From Bacteroidota bacterium (GTDB lineage Bacteria; Bacteroidota; Bacteroidia; Bacteroidales; JACABE01), in contig JAPLDQ010000019.1 in NCBI GenBank assembly GCA_026391675.1, forward strand, positions 87,780 through 151,779: a DNA stretch of 64,000 nucleotides, read 5' to 3'. Below are positions 1 through 9,299 of this stretch, piece after piece (the stretch's first letter is position 1; each line of letters starts with the position of its first letter). The notes under the pieces were generated by a model, which was not told the DNA's origin, did no database searches, and saw only the letters and a list, made by a program, of their open reading frames with translations. The position numbers and the translations under genes are program-made.

Positions 1-834
1 GATATAATAATATGGAATAGAAAAATTATTATCTAACTGTAAGATTTCATTATATACATCAACGGCTTTTACATACTCTTCAAGCCCGATATATGTAGCT
101 GCCTTACTATAAAATGCTGATGGATTTTCATCATCGATAGCTATAGCAAATTCAAAGGCTTCAATCGCTTTTTCGTTTAATCCCTGGGTATTATAAGCTG
201 AACCTAAATTAATCCAGGCAGTATAACTATAAGGGTTTTCATTTAAATAGGCAGTAAAGAAACTTATACTTTCTTCAGTACGTTGAGCAAATTCAAAGCT
301 CATGGCCAATTCATACAAAACCATTTCATTTTCAGGCGATAATTCAAGCGCTTTTATTAAATATTCTATCGCTTTATCATAATTGCCGAGGTTTTCATAT
401 TCAAATGCAATATTGATATAAATCTCGTCCAATTCTTCAGTTTTCGCTATGGCTTTTTTATATTCTTCAATTGCCTTTTCATATAACTTTTGCTGACTGT
501 AAATAGCGCCTTTGGTGAAAAACACATCACTGTTATTGGGGTCAAGATTTTCCAGTTTTGCTAATAATTCCAAAGCCTTTTCCGTATTATCTGCATAAGC
601 ATATAATTGTGCTTTTTTAAGGAGTATTCCGACAGAATCAGGGTGTTGCATAATGGCATGCTGAATCAGTTGATTGGAATATGTTATGTTCTGATTATCA
701 ATATAATAATCAATTAACATTTCATATTCTTCAACATCAAAGAAGAAAGTTTGATTTAATTTAATTTTTTGTTCAAATTTATCAACTAAATCTCTAATTT
801 CATGCTCGTTATAGCTTTCGAAATTATCATCCAT
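1..834 (-). CDS. TPR-repeat protein, partial (start codon at 832-834; C-terminus runs off the left edge of the window)
   Basis: Hand translation of the minus strand from the ATG at 834 gives an open frame down to position 1 (MDDNFESYNEHEIRDLVDKFEQKIKLNQ...). It contains repeated TPR-like units (YEKAIEEYKKAIA, NYDKAIEYLIKALELSPEN, LNEKAIEAFEFAIAIDDEN). It is absent from the ORF track because no stop lies inside the window. Confidence 0.75.
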   Translation of the reverse strand, partial: MDDNFESYNEHEIRDLVDKFEQKIKLNQTFFFDVEEYEMLIDYYIDNQNITYSNQLIQHAIMQHPDSVGILLKKAQLYAYADNTEKALELLAKLENLDPNNSDVFFTKGAIYSQQKLYEKAIEEYKKAIAKTEELDEIYINIAFEYENLGNYDKAIEYLIKALELSPENEMVLYELAMSFEFAQRTEESISFFTAYLNENPYSYTAWINLGSAYNTQGLNEKAIEAFEFAIAIDDENPSAFYSKAATYIGLEEYVKAVDVYNEILQLDNNFSIPYYYI

Positions 835-926
835 CTATTAAAATCTTTTATAAGGCAAAATTAGTACTTTTAAAGGACATATTGTATAAGATAAAATATT
901 TTATCAACTTAAAAGAGTTAATAACA

Positions 927-1604
927 CTAATAATTCAGATTATAGGTAGTAGTATCAAAAGCTGTATAATAAATTGAATGTTCTGAAAGGGTTACTATAT
1001 TGTTTTTCTTAACATTCCATTTTACTGTCATATTCTGAGCACCATAAGTCCGGCATAGTATTGTATTTTCGTAAGACTGACCTGTAAAACTAATTTGGCT
1101 GTTATTACAGCAATTTAAGCCTGAAGGCTGAGGATTATAAAACCAGTAATTAATAAAATCGTTATTATTGAAAGGTATGGTGTTCTTAACAATCAGCTTA
1201 AAAAAGGCTTCAGGAAAGAGTGAAAAGTTTAACTGATGCGTACCGGGACTTAAAGTTTCAACAGAAATATCATTTGTCAGACTAAAATATTTAGATTTAT
1301 CCAATGTAATCCTATACCCGGCATCCTTATCTTTAGTTGCTTTCATATAGTAATAGCCATTTGCATCAGTAGTTGTATAAATTAACGAAACATAGTTTGG
1401 ATTATAGGTACTACCCTGAATCCGGCTTGCCCAAAAAGTTACTTCAACATTTGCCAATGGAATATGCTGATTAGCATCAATAATTATCCCCTGAATAATT
1501 ATCTCATTATCACTTGACTTTTTACAGGAAAAAAAAGACAGTAATGGGATAAAAACGAATAATAATAAAATTTTTTTTATTAGATGAAACTTTGCTTTAA
1601 TCAT
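927..1604 (-). CDS. Hypothetical lipoprotein with a carboxypeptidase-regulatory-like beta-sandwich N-domain
   Basis: ORF track, 225 aa. Signal peptide followed by a lipobox-like FFSC. 'IIQGIIIDANQHIPLANVEVTF' resembles CarboxypepD_reg-type domains. Confidence 0.55.
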   Translation of the reverse strand: MIKAKFHLIKKILLLFVFIPLLSFFSCKKSSDNEIIIQGIIIDANQHIPLANVEVTFWASRIQGSTYNPNYVSLIYTTTDANGYYYMKATKDKDAGYRITLDKSKYFSLTNDISVETLSPGTHQLNFSLFPEAFFKLIVKNTIPFNNNDFINYWFYNPQPSGLNCCNNSQISFTGQSYENTILCRTYGAQNMTVKWNVKKNNIVTLSEHSIYYTAFDTTTYNLNY

Positions 1605-1659
1605 AGCCTTACAAAGATAATGATTTGAATTCCAAAACTTAGAATTTTAATACATTAAA

Positions 1660-2769
1660 TTATTTAAAATGTAATATTTTTTGACTTATTACAGTATTAC
1701 CACTCTGAATAACAGCAAAGTAAATGCCATCAGGTAAATTTGCAGGTGTCCAGTTTATAATATAATCACCGGTATTTAAATTACCGTCTTTCAGTGTGGC
1801 AATTGTTTGCCCTTTTACATCTTTAATCTGAAATACAATATGTTGATTATGCTCAATAATTTTAAAATGAAAAGTAGTAGTATTTGCAAAAGGATTAGGG
1901 AAGTTTTGCTCAAATTCAGCAGCAACAGAAGTTTTAACTTCATTAATTCCTGATGGACTTCCTGCATTAACCCAGGCAGTATAAATTAATTCTGCCAATC
2001 TGTGTGATGCATTTTTAAATAGTAACGTAGTGTAGTTTTTAGTCTGATACCATAATGATTGTGTATAGGCACTTGAAGATGTTGAACCACCTCCTGCAAC
2101 TTTAGCAATGCTGTCAGCAATTAGAACAGAATCCTTATATTTATAATTGTTGTAAATATAATCAAATACATATTGATTAATATTTTGTATCACATTAAGA
2201 GTGGTATCACCGGTATAAACCAATTGTGTTATATTAGCAGTAATCATTGTAGATTCATAACGGGAATGTATACCTGAATTATTGGTTAATTGACCATCAT
2301 AATTTTTTGTAAGATGCAGCGGCATGTGTCCATCGCCGACATAATGACCCAAATCGGCTGCAATTAACACTGCTTTAGCAAAATCTGAACGCTGAAAACA
2401 CTTAACCAAAGTATCATAAGTTGTTACTGTAGCCCATGGCAAAATACCTTCATTAATTACATAAGCATTTCCATATATTGCATTTATTGAATCCCAGGTT
2501 TGAGGGATACGGTGCTGAGCATTAAAAACAGCATAACTATCAATATCAATAAAATGTTTAGGCGACTCATTGGGATCAGTGTTTTTACGATCATCGGCAT
2601 CGGAAGCATGATTTTGTAAACTAGTTCCCCATGATAAAAACTGTGCCATCTGATAGTTAAAGGACAAGCAGGCATTGAGATTTATTTTTTTATGACCTGT
2701 TGAGCCCCAACTGATAAGTAAAACAGAAATTAGTATTAGCGATAGTATTGATAGAATTCGTTTTTTCAT
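1660..2769 (-). CDS. Secreted S1/P1 nuclease / Zn-dependent phospholipase C superfamily protein with a T9SS C-terminal sorting domain
   Basis: After the signal peptide comes 'WGSTGHKKI' (S1/P1 'WG..GH' start) and 'GHYVGDGHMPLH' (metal-binding 'GD.H.PLH'). The C-terminus 'FPNPFANTTTFHFKI...GIYFAVIQSGNTVISQKILHFK' looks like a T9SS type A sorting domain. Confidence 0.6.
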   Translation of the reverse strand: MKKRILSILSLILISVLLISWGSTGHKKINLNACLSFNYQMAQFLSWGTSLQNHASDADDRKNTDPNESPKHFIDIDSYAVFNAQHRIPQTWDSINAIYGNAYVINEGILPWATVTTYDTLVKCFQRSDFAKAVLIAADLGHYVGDGHMPLHLTKNYDGQLTNNSGIHSRYESTMITANITQLVYTGDTTLNVIQNINQYVFDYIYNNYKYKDSVLIADSIAKVAGGGSTSSSAYTQSLWYQTKNYTTLLFKNASHRLAELIYTAWVNAGSPSGINEVKTSVAAEFEQNFPNPFANTTTFHFKIIEHNQHIVFQIKDVKGQTIATLKDGNLNTGDYIINWTPANLPDGIYFAVIQSGNTVISQKILHFK

Positions 2770-2924
2770 ATTATCCGATACGTTTAAAAGTACAAAATTA
2801 ATTTAAATTCAATAAAACTTATATTATTTTATGTTAAATGCAGATAGTTGATAGAAATAAACATATGAAATTTCTTCAAATTACAAACTTCTCATTATCT
2901 TTGCATGACTTCAAGCGTAAAAAA

Positions 2925-4163
2925 ATGAAATTCGAGAACTATCCATTTTCTAAACAAATATTAGCTAATTTAGTTGAAGCTGGTTTTATCAGACCAACAG
3001 ATATACAGTTTAAATCCATACAACCTATTTTAAAAGGTGAAGATGTATTGGCAATAGCACAAACCGGAACAGGAAAAACTGCTGCCTTTGCCATACCTGT
3101 AATTCAAATTTTACAGGATAGCAAAATCAATAAAGAAAAGAAAAATATTAAGTGTATAGTAATGGTTCCAACCCGTGAACTGGCTTTACAGATATCCACC
3201 GTATTCAATCAACTGGGACGAAATACAGGTATTAAAACTTTTTGCGTATTTGGAGGTATTGAACAGGATCAGCAGATTGCTCAATTACAAAGCGGACTTG
3301 ATATTCTGATTGCAACACCCGGCCGTATGTTTGATCTGGTAAGTCAGGGGTTTATACACCTTAATAATATTGAAATTCTTATCCTTGACGAAGCTGACCA
3401 TATGCTCGATTTAGGATTTATCAAAGATATCAGGGATTTAATCCGTTTTTTACCAAAAAAACGTCAAACCCTGTTTTTTTCGGCAACCATTGATGCAGAA
3501 ATTAAGAAACTGGCTTATTCATTGGTTGACAATCCGATACGTATTCAAATTTCGCCCAAGGATCCTGTTTCTAAAAATATTGACCATTCTGTTGCTAATA
3601 TTGAAATGGATGATAAGCGATTTTTTCTTGAAAGACTGATTAAAGAAAACCCTGAAAGTAAAATTTTAGTATTTGTACGTACCAAAGTCAGGGCTGAGCG
3701 GGTAAGCGATGCTATGTTACGTGTAAATATTGAAACAAAAACCCTGCATGGTGATAAAGATCAGAAAGACAGATTGTACGCATTGAAACAATTCAGAGAA
3801 GGAATTATAAAAGTGCTTATTGCTACTGATGTCAGCGCCCGTGGTATTGATATAGCTGATGTGGAATATGTGGTAAACTATGATTTGCCTGATAAAGAAG
3901 AAAACTATGTTCATCGCATCGGAAGAACCGGCAGAGGAAACAAAAGAGGCAGTGCCATTTCCTTTTGCAGTCCTGAAGAAAAGAATTTATTATCTGATAT
4001 CGAAGCCTATATTGGTAAAGAAATAAAAATTATAAAAATAGCATCATCAAGTTATCAGGATACGATTGACTTTTCAGGTGAAACACAAAGTGACTGGAAA
4101 ACCTTGTTAAAAGTTGCTGAAAAAAATGCCGAAACTTATCAAAAAAAGAAAAAGAAAAGATAA
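2925..4163 (+). CDS. DEAD-box ATP-dependent RNA helicase
   Basis: Motifs: Q-motif region 'FIRPTDIQ', motif I 'AQTGTGKT', 'PTRELA', 'LDEADHM' (DEAD), 'SAT', 'HRIGRTGR', and a Lys-rich tail. The ORF track opens at 2838, but the ATG at 2925 (MKFENYPF...) fits the usual helicase N-terminus better. Confidence 0.9.
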   Translation: MKFENYPFSKQILANLVEAGFIRPTDIQFKSIQPILKGEDVLAIAQTGTGKTAAFAIPVIQILQDSKINKEKKNIKCIVMVPTRELALQISTVFNQLGRNTGIKTFCVFGGIEQDQQIAQLQSGLDILIATPGRMFDLVSQGFIHLNNIEILILDEADHMLDLGFIKDIRDLIRFLPKKRQTLFFSATIDAEIKKLAYSLVDNPIRIQISPKDPVSKNIDHSVANIEMDDKRFFLERLIKENPESKILVFVRTKVRAERVSDAMLRVNIETKTLHGDKDQKDRLYALKQFREGIIKVLIATDVSARGIDIADVEYVVNYDLPDKEENYVHRIGRTGRGNKRGSAISFCSPEEKNLLSDIEAYIGKEIKIIKIASSSYQDTIDFSGETQSDWKTLLKVAEKNAETYQKKKKKR

Positions 4164-4205
4164 GTAAAACTAAAATTATTTAAAAACACTATTAATTTCT
4201 GCATC

Positions 4206-6509
4206 GTGGAAATAAACTCATTACATCAGGCTGAATTGGCAGCAAAATTTGTCAATCAAAGCGAACGCCATATTTTCTTAACCGGAAAAGCAGGTACAGG
4301 CAAAACAACATTTCTAAAGCAAATAATTCAACAAACCCATAAAAAAACCATTGTTGTTGCTCCTACCGGTATAGCAGCAATAAATGCAGGTGGCGTTACC
4401 ATTCATTCATTTTTTCAACTTCCATTTGGGAATTTTGTACCCAATAGTCTTGGAGCAGCTACTCCCCTGTATTTTAAAGTAAATGATCCTCAATCAGTTA
4501 TTAAGAATTTGCAAATGCGCGAAAACAAGCGTAAACTTATTCAGGAATTGGAACTTTTAATAATTGATGAGGTTAGTATGCTGCGTGCCGATTTACTGGA
4601 CGCCATGGATACTGTAATGAGATATGTCAGACGCAATCCTTATGTTCAGTTTGGAGGTGTACAGGTTTTATTTATAGGAGATTTGTTACAGTTACCGCCA
4701 GTTGTTAAAGAAAATGAATGGGAATTGCTTAAAAGATATTATACAAGCCTTAATTTCTTTGATGCCCGCGCTTTACAAAAAAATCCTCCATTATACATCG
4801 AGCTGGATAAAATTTACAGGCAGGATGATGCCGGATTTATAAATTTGCTTAACAATCTGCGTAATAATACGGTTACACAACAGGATGAAAGCTTGCTGAA
4901 TGAATATTACCAACCTCAATTCAGGGCAACTGCTGATGACAACTATATTTTACTTACAACACATAATTATAAAGCAGCAGAAATCAACGAAAATACACTA
5001 AAAAGGCTTAAAGGAGAAACACATCGTTTTGAAGCGATAATAATGAATGAATTCAGCGAACAAATGTTCCCTGTCGAAAAAGAATTAGTGCTAAAAAAAG
5101 GTGCTCAAATCATGTTTATTAAAAATGATAATTCAGGTGAACATCAATATTATAATGGGAAATTAGGAATTGTACATGAAATAAGTGATGATGGAATCTT
5201 TGTTAAACTTGCAGAAAGCGATAAAATAATTGCGGTAAACCGCTATGAATGGCAGAATGTCCGGTATGTTTTAAATGAACTCAGCAATGAAATTGAAGAA
5301 GAAACTATAGGAACTTTTACACAATTTCCTATCAAATTAGCTTGGGCTATTACCATTCACAAAAGCCAGGGTCTTACTTTTGAAAAAGCAATCATAGATA
5401 TAAGCGATGCTTTTGCGCCCGGACAGATTTATGTGGCACTTTCGCGTTTGCGCTCTTTAAAGGGTTTGGTACTTTCCTCAAAAATCAATTTCAGTTCATT
5501 ACATATTGATAAAACTATTGTAAATTACGCTAAAACGAAGGAACAACAAGGTAATTTAAAGGATATTATTAAAACCGAAGCATTAGCATATACACAGAAT
5601 TATATTACACAATGTTTCAATTACACAAATACAAAAAACAGTGTTAAATATCATGCTGACTCATATTTTAAGAAAGATGATGAAAAATCAGTTAAACACA
5701 AATATACAAAATTTGCAAGTAGTCTTGTTGAAAAAATTGAAGAATTACAACCGGTTTCAGAAAAGTTCCGCACACAGTTATCCAATATTTTCAGACAAAA
5801 TTCAGCAGATACAAATCAAAGTATCAGAAACAGGGTTGAAGCTGCAAAGGACTATTTTTTACCACTTTTAAACGATATTTCTGATTACATATTTGATCAT
5901 ATCGAAATTGCAGCTACGAACAAGCGTGTTAAAACCTATTTGAATGAACTTTTTGAACTTGAACTCATGGTTTTTGAACAAAGTAAAAGGACGATGAAAG
6001 CTTGTCTTTTTGCCGATGCATTAATGTATAACAAGATTATTTCAAAAGAAGATTTACAAAAAATTCCTGTAAACCATCATAGGTTAAGCAGAATAGAAGA
6101 AATTATCAACAAAACAGCAAATCCTTCTAAAAAAGAGAAAACAAAGACTGTAAGGGCAAAAAAAGAAAAGAAAGAAAAAAAGAAGAACAGTGAAAATTCA
6201 GAAATAAAAATTAAATCGAGAGAAATATCCTATCAATTATATTTAAAAGCAAATGATCTGGAAGAAATAGCACGTTTAAGAGCTATGGCAGTCAGCACAA
6301 TTGAAGGACATATATCTTATTATGTTACAACTGGTGATATTGATGTACTTCAGTTTATTTCTGATGAAAAGCTCAAGCATATTTTAGAGGTATCTGAAAA
6401 AACAGATTCAGAAAGTTTAACTGCAATTAAAGCATTACTGGGAGAAGAATATACTTATTCAGATATAAGATTTGCCATGGCACACAAGCTTTCCAAAAAT
6501 AAATCATAA
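4206..6509 (+). CDS. PIF1/RecD-like (AAA_30 type) DNA helicase with a C-terminal helix-turn-helix domain
   Basis: Walker A 'GKAGTGKTT', Walker B-like 'LLIIDEVSM', 'GDLLQLPPV', and 'AITIHKSQGLTF' (UvrD_C_2-like). The C-terminal 'ARLRAMAVSTIEGHISYYV' is HTH-like. GTG start. Confidence 0.8.
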   Translation: MEINSLHQAELAAKFVNQSERHIFLTGKAGTGKTTFLKQIIQQTHKKTIVVAPTGIAAINAGGVTIHSFFQLPFGNFVPNSLGAATPLYFKVNDPQSVIKNLQMRENKRKLIQELELLIIDEVSMLRADLLDAMDTVMRYVRRNPYVQFGGVQVLFIGDLLQLPPVVKENEWELLKRYYTSLNFFDARALQKNPPLYIELDKIYRQDDAGFINLLNNLRNNTVTQQDESLLNEYYQPQFRATADDNYILLTTHNYKAAEINENTLKRLKGETHRFEAIIMNEFSEQMFPVEKELVLKKGAQIMFIKNDNSGEHQYYNGKLGIVHEISDDGIFVKLAESDKIIAVNRYEWQNVRYVLNELSNEIEEETIGTFTQFPIKLAWAITIHKSQGLTFEKAIIDISDAFAPGQIYVALSRLRSLKGLVLSSKINFSSLHIDKTIVNYAKTKEQQGNLKDIIKTEALAYTQNYITQCFNYTNTKNSVKYHADSYFKKDDEKSVKHKYTKFASSLVEKIEELQPVSEKFRTQLSNIFRQNSADTNQSIRNRVEAAKDYFLPLLNDISDYIFDHIEIAATNKRVKTYLNELFELELMVFEQSKRTMKACLFADALMYNKIISKEDLQKIPVNHHRLSRIEEIINKTANPSKKEKTKTVRAKKEKKEKKKNSENSEIKIKSREISYQLYLKANDLEEIARLRAMAVSTIEGHISYYVTTGDIDVLQFISDEKLKHILEVSEKTDSESLTAIKALLGEEYTYSDIRFAMAHKLSKNKS

Positions 6510-6583
6510 TATTTGGTTTTAAAAGCAACCTTTTCTTAAAAATTTTGTCTTATATATTAATGTAGGGATTACACTTAGTTGTT

Positions 6584-6591
6584 TATTTTTG
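6584..6591 (+). promoter_or_regulatory. Candidate Bacteroidota -7 promoter box (TAnnTTTG) for the first 812-aa gene
   Basis: 'TATTTTTG' lies 18 nt upstream of the ATG at 6610 and matches the TAnnTTTG -7 consensus. Confidence 0.35.
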
Positions 6592-6609
6592 TTATTCTAA
6601 ATATTTGAA

Positions 6610-9048
6610 ATGAAATTTTTAAAATATACTCTTTTTATATTATTTTTATTATTGTCATCAATTGTTCAAAGCCAGCAATTATCAACCAAAGGTAAAGATT
6701 TCTGGATGGCATTTATGAATAATTACGGCAGTTTTTCAGGAGAATTATCGCTTTATATTTCATCAACCACTGCAACTTCCGGAAACGTAATAATTCCCGG
6801 ATTATCAATTAATTATCCATACACAGTATTGGCTAATTCTACCACAAAAGTTGTAGTTCCAATAACAGCTATGGTTAATTCTACTGGAGTGGTTGAAAAT
6901 AAAGGCATTCATATTACTGCTTTAGATACGGTTTCAGTATTCGCATTAAATTATAAACCGGCAACTTCCGATGCAAGCATTATTTATCCGACCAATACGC
7001 TGGACAGAGAATACCGTATTCTGACCATTCAGGGCTGGCCTTATCATATGGGAGAAGAATATCTTATAGTGGCTACCGAAAATAGTACAACCGTCGAAAT
7101 AACTCCTTTTGGAGGAGTACCCTATATTGTTAATCTTAATCAAGGACAAGTATATCAGATAATTAACACAACAACTGCTTTATCCGGAGCATTTATCAAG
7201 GAATACAATTGTCATAAAATTGCTGTTTTCGTTGGAAGTGTTTGTGATAATATAGGTGGATGTGCAGCCTGTGATCATTTATTTGAAGAAATGCTTCCTA
7301 TTAGCAGGTTTGGTCAGAATTTTATTACAACACCCTTATTAACCAAAGCTCAGGACTATTTTAAATTAGTTGCCCAATATAACGGCACTGCTGTTACCAT
7401 TAACAATGGATTACCGATTATACTGAATGCAGGTCAAACCTATCAGTTTAATTCAAGCACCCCTAATTTTGTACAGGCAACCATGCCAATTTTTATGCTT
7501 CAGTTTGCTCAGGGAAATGGCTGTGATGCAGTTGGTGACCCTTTTTCACTAGTTGTTCCGCCCATGGAACAATCCATTAATGATATTACTTTTAATGCTT
7601 TTACATCTACGATTATTACCAATTATTATGTTAATATAGTAACCAGAACTGCATTTACTTCAACTTTAACCTTAGACGGTTCTGCTGTTTCCAGTTTCGC
7701 TATAGTTCCTGGAAATCCTTTATATTCTTATGCCAGAGTTTCTATAACATCAGGTAACCATCGAATTATTTCACCCAATAAGTTCACTGCATCAGTTTAT
7801 GGTTTTGGGAACTATGAATCTTATGGTTATTCTGCCGGATTCAGTCTGAATAACCTACAATATACGTTTACCTCCAACCCAAATTACGTATGTCCCGGGA
7901 CTCCTATTGTATTTTTGGTTCAGTCCTATCCAAATATTGTAACTTATAAATGGCTGTTCGGAGATGGTACATTTGGCTACGGAATGAATGTTGCACATAC
8001 TTATACCGTTGGCGCTAACTATACAGTTGGACTGGTTTTAACAGATAATACAAGCTGCAACAGTGATACGATATGGAAAACGATAAATATTCTACCACCC
8101 TCTTTAGATACGATAAGTCCTTCAATTTGTATAGGAGATACTTTTACTGTTGGAACACATCATTATACAACTACAGGAATATACAATGACTCTTTAATTA
8201 AAAGCAATGGATGCGATAGTATTCTTACTACAAAACTTACAGTAAAACCCAAAAAATTCACCACTATAAACCAAACAATCTGTGAGGGAAATACATTTAT
8301 TGTCGGAACACATTCATACACCATTGCAGGAAATTATAAAGATACGCTCCAGACTTATTTAGGTTGTGATAGTATTATTACAACCCATTTAACTGTAAAA
8401 CCTATATCACAATTCACTCAAAGTCCAAAACGATGTCAGGGCGAAGCTTTTTCTGTTGGAATTAATAGTTATACATCCACAGGAAATTATACAGATACTC
8501 TTACGAACGCTTTAGGCTGCGATAGTATCATCAAAACCAATCTTACGGTTACTCCCTTTCCTTCTGTTGATTTAGGAAAAGACAGAGAAATTTGTGAAGG
8601 TGATATTACTGAACTCTTTGTTAATAATATATATACTTCATATTTATGGCAGGATGGCAGTACCAGCAACAGATTTACTGTATCACAACCCAGTAAATAC
8701 TGGGTAACTGTAAATAATGATAATTGCATCAAATCTGATACTATACAGATATATTTGTGTAAGGTGCCTATTAATATCTGGATGCCTAATGCATTTACAC
8801 CCAATGGTGACGGATTAAATGATTACTTTATAGTTGAAACTACAGGTGAATTTGCTGAATATCATTTAATAATTTACAACAGATGGGGAATGCTTATTTT
8901 TGAAACTTTTAATCCAAAAGTAGGCTGGGATGGCAAGTTCAATGGTGATGCCGTTGAAAGTGGAGTTTATACCTATAGTGTTACCTTTGTCGGGAAAGAC
9001 AGCAAACAAAAGTTACAGAAGAACGGAAAAGTGACAGTAATCAGATAA
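6610..9048 (+). CDS. Large secreted adhesin-like protein, paralog 1: IgGFc-binding-like N-domain, PKD domain, three Cys-bracketed modules, gliding-motility/CHU_C (T9SS type B) C-terminal domain
   Basis: Signal peptide. 'STKGKDFWMAFMNNY' is an IgGFc_binding-type start. 'WLFGDGTFGYGMNVAHTYTVGANYTVGLVLTD' is PKD-like. Three copies of C.G..F.VG.H.YT..G.Y.D.L....GCDSI..T.LTV.P. C-terminal 'PNAFTPNGDGLNDYF...GWDG' is the CHU_C signature. Confidence 0.85.
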   Translation: MKFLKYTLFILFLLLSSIVQSQQLSTKGKDFWMAFMNNYGSFSGELSLYISSTTATSGNVIIPGLSINYPYTVLANSTTKVVVPITAMVNSTGVVENKGIHITALDTVSVFALNYKPATSDASIIYPTNTLDREYRILTIQGWPYHMGEEYLIVATENSTTVEITPFGGVPYIVNLNQGQVYQIINTTTALSGAFIKEYNCHKIAVFVGSVCDNIGGCAACDHLFEEMLPISRFGQNFITTPLLTKAQDYFKLVAQYNGTAVTINNGLPIILNAGQTYQFNSSTPNFVQATMPIFMLQFAQGNGCDAVGDPFSLVVPPMEQSINDITFNAFTSTIITNYYVNIVTRTAFTSTLTLDGSAVSSFAIVPGNPLYSYARVSITSGNHRIISPNKFTASVYGFGNYESYGYSAGFSLNNLQYTFTSNPNYVCPGTPIVFLVQSYPNIVTYKWLFGDGTFGYGMNVAHTYTVGANYTVGLVLTDNTSCNSDTIWKTINILPPSLDTISPSICIGDTFTVGTHHYTTTGIYNDSLIKSNGCDSILTTKLTVKPKKFTTINQTICEGNTFIVGTHSYTIAGNYKDTLQTYLGCDSIITTHLTVKPISQFTQSPKRCQGEAFSVGINSYTSTGNYTDTLTNALGCDSIIKTNLTVTPFPSVDLGKDREICEGDITELFVNNIYTSYLWQDGSTSNRFTVSQPSKYWVTVNNDNCIKSDTIQIYLCKVPINIWMPNAFTPNGDGLNDYFIVETTGEFAEYHLIIYNRWGMLIFETFNPKVGWDGKFNGDAVESGVYTYSVTFVGKDSKQKLQKNGKVTVIR

Positions 9049-9299
9049 TGAATACAATATTTTTGTATCCAACAATTATTAATATTCGTTTATTCCGCAA
9101 TTATTTAGTAAACATCATAACCGTTGTTTTAATTATTTAAATATAAATTATAAACATCTTTATATCATATATTTATATAAAATACAACAAATCATATTTT
9201 TGATAAATATAATTTCAATTCAAAAAAAAGCATTAAAATACAACTTTTTCTATTTTTTTTTGTCTATTATATTAATATAATCTGACTAATAGTTTTTTA

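Noticed and set aside
2838-2924. Upstream extension of the DEAD-box helicase ORF (start at 2838)
   Set aside because: The extra 29 residues (MQIVDRNKHMKFLQITNFSLSLHDFKRKK) precede the conserved helicase N-terminus and look like translated promoter region. The ATG at 2925 is preferred.
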